A DNA stretch of 59,922 nucleotides, counting the filler. It is 5 parts of 5 records of this genome, joined end to end, with 100 filler letters (N's around TTAATTAATTAA, not from the genome) between each part and the next. Parts side by side here need not be neighbours in the genome. Positions count along the whole stretch, not along the records: positions 16,196 to 40,510 come from DRR723986_11167; 4 more parts are not named here. One strand, 5' to 3'. This document shows, one piece after another, positions 20,239 to 30,584 of this stretch. Numbering within the stretch: position 1 is the first letter of the stretch; every line of letters begins with the position of its first letter. Under the pieces are notes generated by a model, which ran no database searches, was not told the DNA's origin, and saw only the letters and a program-made list of their open reading frames with translations. The position numbers and the translations under genes were made by a program.

Positions 20239-21171
20239 ATGAAAATCGCCTTTCAGATGGACCCGATCGGGGCCGTGGACATCAACGCTGACAGCTCATT
20301 CCGCCTTGCGGAAGAGGCGCAGGCCCGTGGGCATGACCTGTTTTTCTACGGGCCAGATCAGCTAGCCTATCAAGAGGGACGCATAACTGCCCGCGGACAC
20401 GACATGACGGTGCAGCGGGTTGCCGGTGATCCGGCGGTTCTTGGACCTTTGCGTGAGGTGGATTTGGCAGACTTCGATGTGGTGTGGCTGCGTCAGGATC
20501 CGCCCTTTGACATGCATTACATTACATCAACCCATCTGCTGGATCGGCTCAAAGGGCAGGCGCTGGTGGTGAATGATCCGTTCTGGGTGCGCAACTATCC
20601 CGAAAAGCTGCTGGTGCTGGATTTCCCGGATCTAACGCCGCCAACCACGATTGCGCGTGATTTGGACACGATCAAAGCCTTCAAGGCCAAACACGGCGAT
20701 ATCATTCTAAAGCCGCTCTATGGCAACGGCGGAGCCGGGGTGTTCCGGTTGGATGCCAATGATCGCAACCTGTCGTCCCTGCATGAGCTGTTCACCGGCT
20801 TTTCGCGTGAGCCGCTGATCGTACAAAAATTCCTCCCCGATGTACGAAATGGCGACAAACGGGTGATCTTGGTGGATGGCGAACCCGTCGGCGCTATCAA
20901 CCGCGTTCCCGCCGAAGGGGAAACTCGGTCCAACATGCATGTTGGTGGCCGCCCCGAGAAAATCGGTCTAAGCAAGCGGGATTTGGAAATCTGTGCTGCC
21001 ATTGGCCCGTTGCTGCGTGAAAAAGGTCAGATCTTTGTCGGGATCGACGTGATCGGGGATTACCTGACCGAAATCAACGTGACCTCGCCCACAGGCATCC
21101 AAGAGCTGGAGCGTTTTGATGGCGTCAACATCGCCTCCAAAATCTGGGACGCGATTGAGGCCAAGGTTTAA
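20239..21171 (+). CDS. gshB: Glutathione synthetase
   Basis: [29 protein letters not shown]. Confidence 0.96.
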   Translation: MKIAFQMDPIGAVDINADSSFRLAEEAQARGHDLFFYGPDQLAYQEGRITARGHDMTVQRVAGDPAVLGPLREVDLADFDVVWLRQDPPFDMHYITSTHLLDRLKGQALVVNDPFWVRNYPEKLLVLDFPDLTPPTTIARDLDTIKAFKAKHGDIILKPLYGNGGAGVFRLDANDRNLSSLHELFTGFSREPLIVQKFLPDVRNGDKRVILVDGEPVGAINRVPAEGETRSNMHVGGRPEKIGLSKRDLEICAAIGPLLREKGQIFVGIDVIGDYLTEINVTSPTGIQELERFDGVNIASKIWDAIEAKV

Positions 21172-22682
21172 GCCGTCACTTTGGTTGTGATCCGAAAACT
21201 CAGGGCTTCGGCAACGTGATGCCGGAGCACCGCATCGGACTGGTCTAGATCCGCAATCGTACGCGCCACGCGCAAAATGCGGTGATAGGCGCGCGCGGAC
21301 AGGCCAAAACGGTCCGCCGCTTTGAGCAACAGCGCCTTTCCCTCGGCGTCGGGGGTGGCGCAATGATCCAAAACGGCCCCCTCGGCATCCGCATTCTGAT
21401 GCACATCGACCAGATCACGAAACCGGTCTACCTGCACCTCGCGGGCGGCGTTCACCCGCGCAGCCACCGCTTTGGAACTGTCCCCTGAGGGGGGCAGGTC
21501 AAGATCGGTAAAGGCCACGGGCGGCACCTCGATCCTAAGGTCAAACCGGTCCATCAGTGGGCCGGAAATACGGCCTAAATAGTCTTCCCCACAGTTTGGG
21601 GCCCGCGAACAGGCACGCCCGGGATCGGTCAGATACCCGCACTTGCAGGGGTTTGCGGCCGCCACCAACATAAACCGGCAGGGGTATTTGATATGCGCGT
21701 TGGCCCGCGCCACCATGACCTCTCCGGTTTCGATGGGTTGGCGAAGGGTTTCCAAAACTGTGCGGGCAAATTCGGGGAACTCATCCATGAACAGAACCCC
21801 GTTGTGGGCAAGTGAGATTTCGCCGGGTTTCGCTCCTTTGCCGCCGCCAACAATGGCCGCCATTGACGCAGTGTGATGGGGTTCGCGAAACGGGCGCGTC
21901 ATTGAAATCCCGCCTTCGTCCAGCAGACCACAGAGCGATTGGATCATTGATGTGCTGAGGGCCTCATTTGGGGTGAGAGGCGGCAGAATACCCGGAATGC
22001 GCGCGGCCAGCATAGATTTCCCTGATCCCGGTGTTCCGATCATGATCATGTGGTGGCGTCCTGCCGCGGCGATTTCCAACGCCCGCTTTGCCCGCTCTTG
22101 TCCTTTGACGTCACGCAGGTCTTTGGCGAACGGGTCAGAGTGAATCTGGCCGGCCTGTGCGGGTTGAAGTGGGGACTGGCCCGTATAATGCCTCACCACA
22201 TCGCTGAGCGTTTCTGCACCCAATACCAACGCCTCGGCGACCCAAGCGGCTTCGGCGCTAGAGGGTTTTGGGCATAGCAGGGCGCGATCTTCGTCGGCAG
22301 CGGTCATTGCTGCAGGCAAGGCCCCGACCACAGGCACCAACGATCCGTCCAGCGAAAGCTCGCCCAAGGCGACGGTTTGCTCAGCCGTGTCGGCAGGGAT
22401 GATTTCCAAGGCTGCGAGCAAGGCCAGCGCAATGAGCAGATCAAAATGGCTGCCTTCTTTTGGCAGATCCGCAGGTGAAAGATTGATCGTGATCCGTTTT
22501 GACGGCAGCGCGATCGCCATAGAGTTCAAGGCGCTGCGGACACGATCGCGGGCCTCAGAAACGGTTTTGTCTGGCAACCCAACGATCGAGAACGCGGGTA
22601 AGCCGGGGGTGACGGCGCATTGAACTTCGACAAGGCGGGCGTCGACCCCCTGAAACGCAACGGTATAGGCACGAGCGACCAT
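21168..22682 (-). CDS. comM: YifB/ComM Mg-chelatase-like AAA+ ATPase
   Basis: [37 protein letters not shown]; start trimmed to MVARAY. Confidence 0.9.
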   Translation of the reverse strand: MVARAYTVAFQGVDARLVEVQCAVTPGLPAFSIVGLPDKTVSEARDRVRSALNSMAIALPSKRITINLSPADLPKEGSHFDLLIALALLAALEIIPADTAEQTVALGELSLDGSLVPVVGALPAAMTAADEDRALLCPKPSSAEAAWVAEALVLGAETLSDVVRHYTGQSPLQPAQAGQIHSDPFAKDLRDVKGQERAKRALEIAAAGRHHMIMIGTPGSGKSMLAARIPGILPPLTPNEALSTSMIQSLCGLLDEGGISMTRPFREPHHTASMAAIVGGGKGAKPGEISLAHNGVLFMDEFPEFARTVLETLRQPIETGEVMVARANAHIKYPCRFMLVAAANPCKCGYLTDPGRACSRAPNCGEDYLGRISGPLMDRFDLRIEVPPVAFTDLDLPPSGDSSKAVAARVNAAREVQVDRFRDLVDVHQNADAEGAVLDHCATPDAEGKALLLKAADRFGLSARAYHRILRVARTIADLDQSDAVLRHHVAEALSFRITTKVTA

Positions 22683-22698
22683 GGGCTTCCTGCTTTTG

Positions 22699-22744
22699 GT
22701 TAACAGAATATTGCTAACCAAGCAGGCGTTTAAGAATGGTTAAC
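22699..22744. promoter_or_regulatory. CtrA-box-like TTAA half-sites upstream of comM
   Basis: TTAA-N7-TTGC at 22700 and TTTA-N7-TTAAC at 22729; consensus is TTAA-N7-TTAAC. Confidence 0.5.
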
Positions 22745-22753
22745 GCGGGCTGT

Positions 22754-23437
22754 TCAAAACTGAGGCCACGGCGTTTGTTCCAAATCCAAAACGTAAGGGA
22801 AGGGATCATAGGTCACTTCCAAAGCTTGGCCCCGCCATGTTTTGACCGCTGCATCCGCCAGCAATTCCTCGCAATACGCGCGGTTTTCGGCACTCACAGG
22901 CAGGCCATAGCCGATGATCCGGGCAGCAACGGGCGTGTAAAATACATCCGCCAAAGAATAGTCCCCAAACAGCGGACCAGTTTCAGCCCCCGAAACCTGA
23001 CGGGCATGGGCCCACAAGGCTTCGATCCGCCCAAGATCTGCCAGAGTGCCGTCAGAGGGTTCAAACCCCACAAAACAATGGGACAACTGCATCGGGCATT
23101 GGCCGCGCAAAGCGGTGAAGCCAGCGACCATTTCCGCACAGAGCCACCGTGCGGTTGCACGAGACGCTGGGTCCGCAGGCCACAATCCCGCATCGGGGTG
23201 ACGTTCCGCGAGGGTTTCAGCCATGGCAAGGCTTTCGCCCACAACGATCCCATCCGGGGTGAGCAACGTCGGTACCAATCGGGCAGGGGCAAGCGACGCC
23301 ATGTCGGCAGCCATGGTCCCGGAATACAGGCCAATCAAATGGGTCTGGTGGGGGATGCCGAATTTCTCAAGCATCAGCCACCCGCGCAAGGACCAGCTGG
23401 AAAACAGGCGGTCCCCGATATAAAGATCATAACTCAT
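22754..23437 (-). CDS. Glutathione S-transferase
   Basis: SSWSLRGWL, LVPTL, ESLAMAE, SLADVFY. Confidence 0.9.
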   Translation of the reverse strand: MSYDLYIGDRLFSSWSLRGWLMLEKFGIPHQTHLIGLYSGTMAADMASLAPARLVPTLLTPDGIVVGESLAMAETLAERHPDAGLWPADPASRATARWLCAEMVAGFTALRGQCPMQLSHCFVGFEPSDGTLADLGRIEALWAHARQVSGAETGPLFGDYSLADVFYTPVAARIIGYGLPVSAENRAYCEELLADAAVKTWRGQALEVTYDPFPYVLDLEQTPWPQF

Positions 23438-23496
23438 GCCATCAGCGTAAAGTCAGAGTGTCCATCCCGTAAAACAGTGATTTGTGCGCTGCCTCA

Positions 23497-24075
23497 TCAC
23501 GGGAGATGATTGATCAGGCCGACGTCCCATTTGGTGGGGGAATGAGTGATCTGCGTGACCGATAGATTGTCGATCCGATGGCCAAACGCCTGTTCCGCGT
23601 CCAGTTGCAAGGCGCGTTGAACTTGCGTCAGGATGACCCCAAAGTGGGCGACGATGATCAAATCCGCACCCGTATGCTGGGCTATCAACGCGTCAACGGC
23701 CGTATCCACACGCGCGCAGACCTCATTCCAGCTTTCACCATTCGGGGGGCGCACATCACCGGGCGTTTCCCAATAGGCGCGAATACGATCCGGATCTTCG
23801 GCTTCGATCTCAGCAAAGCGCCGCAGCTCCCAATCTCCGAAATTGATTTCGCGTAAATCCAGATGATGAGGCAGGCGAGTGCGTGCCCCTTGAATGGCGC
23901 TGGCGGTGTCTGCCGCCCGTGACAAATCCGAAGAAACTACGATTGCAGGATGGGGCAGGTGATCGCTCAAACGCGCAATCGCGGCGGTGTCGCTCAGATC
24001 TGCGGGCAGATCCGACCACCCGACCATGGATTTCGCATGGGTTGGGCCGTGGCGGACCAAGTGGAGGCGTGTCAT
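23497..24075 (-). CDS. Histidine phosphatase family protein (CobC-like)
   Basis: RHG, SSDLSRA, LREINFGDWE, PPNGES; coupled to cobU. Confidence 0.85.
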   Translation of the reverse strand: MTRLHLVRHGPTHAKSMVGWSDLPADLSDTAAIARLSDHLPHPAIVVSSDLSRAADTASAIQGARTRLPHHLDLREINFGDWELRRFAEIEAEDPDRIRAYWETPGDVRPPNGESWNEVCARVDTAVDALIAQHTGADLIIVAHFGVILTQVQRALQLDAEQAFGHRIDNLSVTQITHSPTKWDVGLINHLP

Positions 24076-24593
24076 GGCAGGGTTCCTTTCAAAACAAGGG
24101 GCAGGCCCGCAGTGACCAGCACGGCCAGGTCAGCCTCGGCCGCCAAGGCGATATTCAATCGGCCTTGCGCCTCGCGGAATTGGCGCGACAGTGCATTGTC
24201 TGGCACGATGCCGTGGCCCACTTCGTTAGATACGATTACCACATGCGCCGGACAGGCCCGCAAGGCGGAAATAAGATCAGATTGGGCGGTTTCTAGATCA
24301 TTTTCAGCCAGCAGATGATTGGTAAGCCACATGGTGGCGCAATCCAGCAAACAGGTTTGATCCGCAGTCATTTTTACCAAAGCAGGAGCCAGATCCAAAG
24401 GCTCTTCTATCGTGGTCCAATCGGTTCCGCGTTGGTTCAAATGGCGGTCAACCTTGGTGCGCATCTCGCTATCAAAAACTTGTGAAGTGGCAAGGTAGAC
24501 GCGGTTTTTTCCTGATTTACCAACAAGTTGCTCAGCAAAGAGCGATTTGCCTGATGCCGCACCACCCAGAACGAAGGTGAATTTTGGAAACAC
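24072..24593 (-). CDS. cobU: Adenosylcobinamide kinase / phosphate guanylyltransferase
   Basis: GGAASGKS, LLDCATMWL, VSNEVG; GTG start at 24593. Confidence 0.92.
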   Translation of the reverse strand: MFPKFTFVLGGAASGKSLFAEQLVGKSGKNRVYLATSQVFDSEMRTKVDRHLNQRGTDWTTIEEPLDLAPALVKMTADQTCLLDCATMWLTNHLLAENDLETAQSDLISALRACPAHVVIVSNEVGHGIVPDNALSRQFREAQGRLNIALAAEADLAVLVTAGLPLVLKGTLP

Positions 24594-24609
24594 GTACTTA
24601 CCTTTCAAG

Positions 24610-24635
24610 TGATCCATCTGCCGTCTCCCTGCGTA
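24610..24635 (+). promoter_or_regulatory. RpoE/ChrR (ECF11)-type promoter of rpoH2
   Basis: TGATCC-N15-GCGTA, 60 bp upstream of the rpoH2 ATG. Confidence 0.65.
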
Positions 24636-24695
24636 ATGATAGCATCAGGGTATGACAAGCCACGGCAGGTGCGCCGAACATTTGGGGAGAGATGT

Positions 24696-25574
24696 ATGGC
24701 ACTGGATGTACAAAATGACAGGCTCATGTCGCGCAAAGCGATGAAGGCCGAATTGCTGGATGCAGAAACCGAATTGAAACTCGCCTATGCTTGGCGGGAC
24801 CAACGGGATGAAGCTGCTCTGCACCGACTTGTAACAGCCTACATGCGGTTGGCGATCTCGATGGCGGCAAAATATAAACGGTATGGCGCCTCGATGAATG
24901 ACCTCATCCAAGAGGCAGGCGTCGGCTTGATGAAAGCGGCTGACAAATTCGATCCGGATCGCGGTGTCCGCTTTTCCACGTATGCGGTTTGGTGGATCAA
25001 GGCGAGCATTCAGGACTATGTCATGCGCAACTGGTCCATGGTGCGGACCGGCTCGACCTCGTCGCAGAAGTCGCTGTTTTTCAATATGCGTAGGGTGCAG
25101 GCCCAACTGGAACGAGAGGCCTCCTCGGACGGCGTGGCGCTGGACCGGTTTCAGTTGCACCAAATGATTGCCTCAGAAATTGGTGTGCCGCTGCGCGATG
25201 TGGAAATGATGGACGGGCGTCTGTCAGGGTCTGATTTTTCCTTGAACGCGGTGCAATCCGCAGACGAAGACGGTCGCGAATGGATTGACGCGCTGGAAGA
25301 CGACAGTATTCAGGCAGCGGAGCAGGTCGAAAACAGCCATGATCAGGAACAATTGCGCACTTGGCTGTTGGTCGCGATGAAGGCCCTGAGCGACCGCGAA
25401 AGCTTCATCGTGCAAGAGCGCAAACTGCGCGAAGTACCGCGCACACTTGAAAGCCTTGGCAAGGAATTGGGCATCTCAAAAGAACGGGTTCGGCAATTAG
25501 AAGCCGCTGCATTCGCCAAGATGCGTAAAAGCCTTGAAGGGCAATCGCGCGAGGTGCAACACTTTCTTTTATGA
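24696..25574 (+). CDS. rpoH2: RNA polymerase sigma-32 factor RpoH2
   Basis: DLIQEA, RFSTYAVWWI, RpoH box QKSLFFNMR, ISKERVRQLE; start trimmed to ATG at 24696. Confidence 0.9.
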   Translation: MALDVQNDRLMSRKAMKAELLDAETELKLAYAWRDQRDEAALHRLVTAYMRLAISMAAKYKRYGASMNDLIQEAGVGLMKAADKFDPDRGVRFSTYAVWWIKASIQDYVMRNWSMVRTGSTSSQKSLFFNMRRVQAQLEREASSDGVALDRFQLHQMIASEIGVPLRDVEMMDGRLSGSDFSLNAVQSADEDGREWIDALEDDSIQAAEQVENSHDQEQLRTWLLVAMKALSDRESFIVQERKLREVPRTLESLGKELGISKERVRQLEAAAFAKMRKSLEGQSREVQHFLL

Positions 25575-26389
25575 GACATTTTTCGATTCTGTTGTGCGCC
25601 TGTGTGGCGTTAAGTGCCGCCCCTGCGATGGCGGGGGACATTCCTGCTGACATCCTGACTGACATGAAACAGGCGGATGTCGTGATTTTGGGCGAAGATC
25701 ACGAGAACGCGGCGCACCATCAACGACAGGCGCAGCTGGTGTCTGAGCTTTCTCCAAATGCGATGGTTTGGGAAATGCTGACTGAACAGAGCGCATCCCT
25801 CGTGACGTCTCAAGTAATCTCAGATCCTGAAAAGCTGGCGGAAACCATCCGATGGGTCGAAATGGGCTGGCCGCCTTTGGCGATGTATTTGCCCATCTTC
25901 GCCGCCGCGCCCGAGGCTCCGATTTATGGCGCGATGGTTCCGCGCAAGGCTTTGCGCGCCGCGTTGAAGAGCGGGGCTGCCGCTGCCTTGGGTGCAGACG
26001 CGACGCGATATGGATTGAATGTAGCGCTGCCGTTGGAAGAGCAGGCAGAGCGTGAATTGGATCAGCAAGCCTCCCATTGCGGGGCCCTGCCTGATGATCA
26101 GCTGGCAAATTTTGTTCAGATGCAGCGGTTGCGTGACGCGGTTTTGGCGCGTGCTGTTTTGCGTGCCATCGACGAAACCAAAGGCCCAGTTGTCGTGATC
26201 ACCGGTAATGGCCACGCCCGAGCTGATTGGGGTGTGCCGTCCATTCTTGCCCGCCTTGCGCCGGGTCTTAAGGTGGTGTCACTGGGGCAATCCCAAGACG
26301 GTCAGATCGAAGGGGAATTTGATTTCGTGATCGATAGCCCCGCGGTCGAGCGCGAGGACCCCTGCGCGGTATTTTCTCAACAGGATTGA
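25571..26389 (+). CDS. ChaN-family protein
   Basis: VVILGEDHEN, QRLRDA, ITGNGHAR. Confidence 0.85.
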   Translation: MRHFSILLCACVALSAAPAMAGDIPADILTDMKQADVVILGEDHENAAHHQRQAQLVSELSPNAMVWEMLTEQSASLVTSQVISDPEKLAETIRWVEMGWPPLAMYLPIFAAAPEAPIYGAMVPRKALRAALKSGAAAALGADATRYGLNVALPLEEQAERELDQQASHCGALPDDQLANFVQMQRLRDAVLARAVLRAIDETKGPVVVITGNGHARADWGVPSILARLAPGLKVVSLGQSQDGQIEGEFDFVIDSPAVEREDPCAVFSQQD

Positions 26390-26466
26390 CCCGATTGGAT
26401 TATACGCTGGAACAACTTGGCGGGCTTGCCTAGACTTGGACGGACCCTGAAAGAAAAGGCCAGGCC

Positions 26467-27660
26467 ATGCTCGCATCCAAGCGTATTCTGCTGATTATTG
26501 GGGGCGGTATTGCTGCCTACAAGTCACTTGATCTGATCCGCCGGTTGCGTGAACGGGGGGCTTTGGTCACACCGGTGCTGACCCGCGCTGCCCAGGAATT
26601 CGTGACGCCTTTGTCTGTGGCCGCATTGGCGGGCAGCAAAGTGCATCAGGATCTGTTTGACCTGACCAGCGAGGCTGAGATGGGCCATATCCAACTGTCG
26701 CGTTCGGCCGATCTGGTGGTGGTTGCGCCTGCAACTGCGGATTTGATGGGGAAAATGGCCGGTGGTCTGGCGAATGATCTTGCATCAACGTTGCTGATGG
26801 CGACGGATACGCCGGTTCTGATTGCCCCCGCGATGAATGTTCGTATGTGGGAACACCCTGCTACGCAACGCAATCAGGCACAGCTGCGATCCGATGGAAT
26901 TCGCTTTGTTGGCCCTAACCAAGGCGATATGGCCTGCGGGGAATATGGCCCGGGTCGCATGGCTGAGCCGTTGGAAATCGTGGCCGCAATCGAATCCGAG
27001 TTGGGGCAGGGGCCCTTGCTGGGCAAACGTATAGTGGTCACATCGGGTCCGACGCACGAACCCATTGATCCCGTTCGCTATATTGCCAACCGATCCTCTG
27101 GGGCGCAGGGCGCTGCGGTTGCGCGCGCACTGGCCAATCTTGGCGCCGAGGTGGTGTTTGTGACCGGGCCTGCCGATGTGCCACCCCCTGCGGGTGTCGA
27201 AGTCGTGCGCGTTCAGAGTGCTTTGGAAATGTCGAACGCAGTGGATGCGGCCCTGCCTGCGGATGCCGGGGTTTTTGCTGCGGCGGTTGCGGATTGGCGG
27301 GTGGCGTCGGCTTCGGACCGCAAGTTGAAGAAAAGCAAAGACGGGTTGCCGGTTCTGGAATTTGCTGAAAACCCCGATATCCTGAAACGTGTTTCGCGAA
27401 TGGAACAGGGTCGTCCGGGTTTGGTGGTTGGTTTTGCCGCAGAAACCAATGATGTGGTCGAAAACGCGACTGCCAAACGGCTGCGTAAGGGGTGTGATTG
27501 GATCGTTGCCAATGACGTCAGCCCGGCAACCGGGATCATGGGCGGCAGTGAAAATGCCGTGATCCTGATCTCTGACACTGGGGCCGAGGAATGGCCGCGT
27601 ATGGCGAAAGACCAAGTTGCCGCGCAACTGGCGCAGCGGATTGCCTCGGCGCTGAGCTGA
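26467..27660 (+). CDS. coaBC: Phosphopantothenoylcysteine decarboxylase/ligase
   Basis: GGIAAYK, PAMN, IDPVRYIANRSSG, GFAAET. Confidence 0.96.
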   Translation: MLASKRILLIIGGGIAAYKSLDLIRRLRERGALVTPVLTRAAQEFVTPLSVAALAGSKVHQDLFDLTSEAEMGHIQLSRSADLVVVAPATADLMGKMAGGLANDLASTLLMATDTPVLIAPAMNVRMWEHPATQRNQAQLRSDGIRFVGPNQGDMACGEYGPGRMAEPLEIVAAIESELGQGPLLGKRIVVTSGPTHEPIDPVRYIANRSSGAQGAAVARALANLGAEVVFVTGPADVPPPAGVEVVRVQSALEMSNAVDAALPADAGVFAAAVADWRVASASDRKLKKSKDGLPVLEFAENPDILKRVSRMEQGRPGLVVGFAAETNDVVENATAKRLRKGCDWIVANDVSPATGIMGGSENAVILISDTGAEEWPRMAKDQVAAQLAQRIASALS

Positions 27661-27751
27661 AGGCGCGATGTGCCCAACTGTGTGCATAGCCAAAGGGTGG
27701 CTTGGATTGGTTTGTCAAAAGCCGCATGACTGGCTTTGAATGCACCCAACC

Positions 27752-28110
27752 CTAACCTTGGGTGGTGGGCCAGGGATTGATGAAGGTGACCGCCAAAGTA
27801 TCGATGAAATGAAGAGCATTTCCGACACTGTCCTCTTTCGCGACACGCGCGCTCATCCAGTTGGCGGCCCCAGCTATTTGCCTGTTGTTGATCACGTGCG
27901 TTATCGCGCTGGACAGGCTTGGCATGTTACCTCTTCAGTACCCATCATGCCCAAGTACACCCCAAGCTCCTGCGCCTGAACCACCCCACCGTGAAACGGC
28001 TGATCCCCCTGCATCGCACACACGATTGTCGGGCAGCCAGCCCCCCCATTCATGCTGCCAAAACCGACATATACCGGCCTGTGCTCCAGAAACTCAGCCC
28101 GGCCTGGGCG
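27752..28110 (-). pseudogene. GT1-family (sterol/UDP-) glycosyltransferase remnant
   Basis: PVYVGFGSM, then GCPTIV...GDQPF, then after a frameshift LSSAITHVIN...ARVAKEDSVGNALHFI; internal deletions evident. Confidence 0.6.
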
Positions 28111-28129
28111 GGGGCGTATAGTTCTCATC

Positions 28130-28500
28130 ATTTGGCTTTATCAACCAGCCCCCCCACGGCCTTGATCCGGTCCGGTTACGCCAACATCGGTAACCCAGCG
28201 AAAAGTATGCGTCATCGACAGGGCCAAGCATCCCTGCCGGCAGTTCTAGGACTGCGGGGCCATCTTTTAGATCAAGGCATCCTGCAACGTAAACAGTTGT
28301 AGAGTTGGGGGTCGGCAATAGAGATCGCGCATCCAGCAAACCTTCGGTGATGGCGATGTTGGTAGGGTCACTGCCAATACTGTCCAAACCGTCACAAAAG
28401 GCTTGGATTGAGGCAAACTGTAGCCCTTGAAGAAAGGTCTCGACACCGCGCACGAAGTTCAGATTGTCAAACGCCTCGCGGACCGTTTCTCTGTATTTCC
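28130..28500 (-). pseudogene. DUF1254-domain protein remnant
   Basis: FDNLNFVRGVETFL...PNSTTVY...LDLKDGPAVLELPAGMLGPVDDAY, then a frameshift into RWVTDVGVTGPDQGRGG. Confidence 0.7.
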
Positions 28501-29000
28501 AATCCAAAATATTCTTTGGCAGAGACGTAACGGCTGCCCAGTTGTTTTTGGTGAACGGCGACTAACCGACTGGTGAGATAGGTGGTTTACCTGTCGTCGG
28601 TGAAAATTCGAAACTAGGTTTGGTTCGTTGCTAGAATTGGTGTCAGTATTGGCCAAATATCCTAGACGCCCTAGATCTAGTATTTTCGATCCGCAGGTCT
28701 CCGCTTATGTTGCCAAGGCAAACCTTTGGCTTCAACCAAGACGCCTTCAACTCAAGAAGGCTGGATGTTTGCGAAGGCGGCATGCGATTATGGTCGTCGC
28801 AGCCAAGGCTCAGAAGTTTGCGACAAACGGGAGATATTGGAAAATGCGTGGAAAGGTGGGACCGAGATTGCGGAACACGGCTGCTCCCTTGACAACAATC
28901 GCTCTCTAAATCAGACGAAAATGAAACCCTCCGCGCTCAGTTGGAGATTGGGTAACGTTCCCAGGGTAAGACATTGGCATAGGGTCGAGGTGGTAAAAGA

Positions 29001-29447
29001 ATGAATGAGATCAAGTTTAAGCGTGTCGAAGGCAACACACTTCCACTCCCGACATACGCGACGCCTGGATCAGCTGGGATGGATCTCAGGGCGTTTTTAC
29101 CCTCGGGACCTGTCACGTTTTCTCATGGAGACCTCAAGCTGATTTCAGTGGGGTTTCATGTAGAGTTGCCAGTCGGCACGGAAATGCAAATTCGCCCAAG
29201 ATCTGGGATGTCACTTAAAAACCGATTTCTAGTCCCCAATAGCCCCGGAACCGTGGACGCTGACTTCCGTGGAGAAGTTCTGTGTGGTCTCTACTACTTC
29301 GGAACAGAACCTTTTTCGATAAATCATGGGGATCGAATTGCGCAGGCCGTAATTGCAAAGGTTCCCCGCTACACATTGACAGAAGTCGATCAGCTTTCTG
29401 AGACGAGCCGAGGTAAAGGTGGCTTTGGTTCCACGGGGCTGAACTGA
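29001..29447 (+). CDS. dut: dUTP diphosphatase
   Basis: All five motifs present: AGMDL, RPRSG, GTVDADFRGE, GDRIAQ, RGKGGFGSTG. Confidence 0.93.
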   Translation: MNEIKFKRVEGNTLPLPTYATPGSAGMDLRAFLPSGPVTFSHGDLKLISVGFHVELPVGTEMQIRPRSGMSLKNRFLVPNSPGTVDADFRGEVLCGLYYFGTEPFSINHGDRIAQAVIAKVPRYTLTEVDQLSETSRGKGGFGSTGLN

Positions 29448-30493
29448 TGTTTCTTGTTTTCTTCATGGCGGCGGCTCTTTGGGTCCTTGGGATGATCATG
29501 GGCGTGTCCCGCAATGCCCGGCTCAGCACGGTTGGCATGGTTTTTGGTGTTGTCCTGATCTTGCAGCTGGCCTTGCCGGATGGTCATCCTATCCGCGAGG
29601 CGACAGGGCAGTCTCCGGCGCTGTGGCTGATGGTTGCAGGGGCCTTTGTGATGGTCTTGGTCTATGGTCAGGGTCTCAAGGCGCTGCGCAGGCGGGCGAA
29701 CAAAAAGGAGCCTGAAATGCCAGCTAAGACCGGGACATTCTCTGAAGCCGAACTCGACCGATATGCGCGCCACATCGTATTGCGTGAACTTGGCGGGGTC
29801 GGGCAGAAACGCCTGAAACAGGCCAAGGTTCTGGTCATCGGTGCGGGGGGGTTGGGCGCGCCTGCGTTGCAATATCTGGCCGCTGCGGGGGTTGGAACCA
29901 TCGGGGTTATTGATGATGATGAGGTCGAGAATGCGAACCTGCAGCGGCAGGTGATCCATCGTGATGCGGACATCGGAATGCCCAAGGTGTTTTCCGCAAA
30001 GCAGGCGATGGAGGCTCAGAACCCAAATGTGATCGTGCAGCCGTATCATCGCCGTTTGACCGACGACATCGCGATGGAATTGTTCGCGGATTACGATTTG
30101 ATCTTGGACGGAACCGACAATTTCGAAACTCGGTATTTGGTGAACAAAGTTGCTGTCGAGACAGGGAAACCGCTCATTTCTGGGGCCCTGTCCCAATGGG
30201 AAGGGCAGCTGAGTCTGTTTGAGCCGGCCAAGGGCGCCCCCTGTTATCAGTGCATTTTCCCCGAGGCACCTGCCGCCGGACTGGCCCCCTCCTGTTCCGA
30301 GGCCGGTGTTGTCGGGCCCTTGCCGGGGGTGGTTGGCGCGATGATGGCAGTCGAAGCGGTCAAAGTGATCACTGGGGCCGGCATGCCGTTGCGCGGTGAA
30401 ATGTTGATCTACGATGCGCTCTATGGTGAAAGCCGCAAGATAACGCTGTCCAAACGGGCCGATTGCCCTATTTGCGGGACGGTTGCAGGCTGA
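29447..30493 (+). CDS. HesA/MoeB/ThiF-family adenylyltransferase with N-terminal TM region
   Basis: RYARH, GAGGLG, NLQRQ, DGTDNF, two CxxC motifs. Confidence 0.9.
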   Translation: MFLVFFMAAALWVLGMIMGVSRNARLSTVGMVFGVVLILQLALPDGHPIREATGQSPALWLMVAGAFVMVLVYGQGLKALRRRANKKEPEMPAKTGTFSEAELDRYARHIVLRELGGVGQKRLKQAKVLVIGAGGLGAPALQYLAAAGVGTIGVIDDDEVENANLQRQVIHRDADIGMPKVFSAKQAMEAQNPNVIVQPYHRRLTDDIAMELFADYDLILDGTDNFETRYLVNKVAVETGKPLISGALSQWEGQLSLFEPAKGAPCYQCIFPEAPAAGLAPSCSEAGVVGPLPGVVGAMMAVEAVKVITGAGMPLRGEMLIYDALYGESRKITLSKRADCPICGTVAG

Positions 30494-30584
30494 TGGAACC
30501 GCCGCGCGCCGCTAGGCGGGCGGCCACGCCCAACCTCTCCAAGGGGTATCTTTGATGCCCCCGAGAGGGCGGGAGATCCCCGGC

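Noticed and set aside
28628-29004. Short overlapping ORFs upstream of dut as real genes
   Set aside because: No recognisable motifs or RBS; treated as debris of the eroded insertion.
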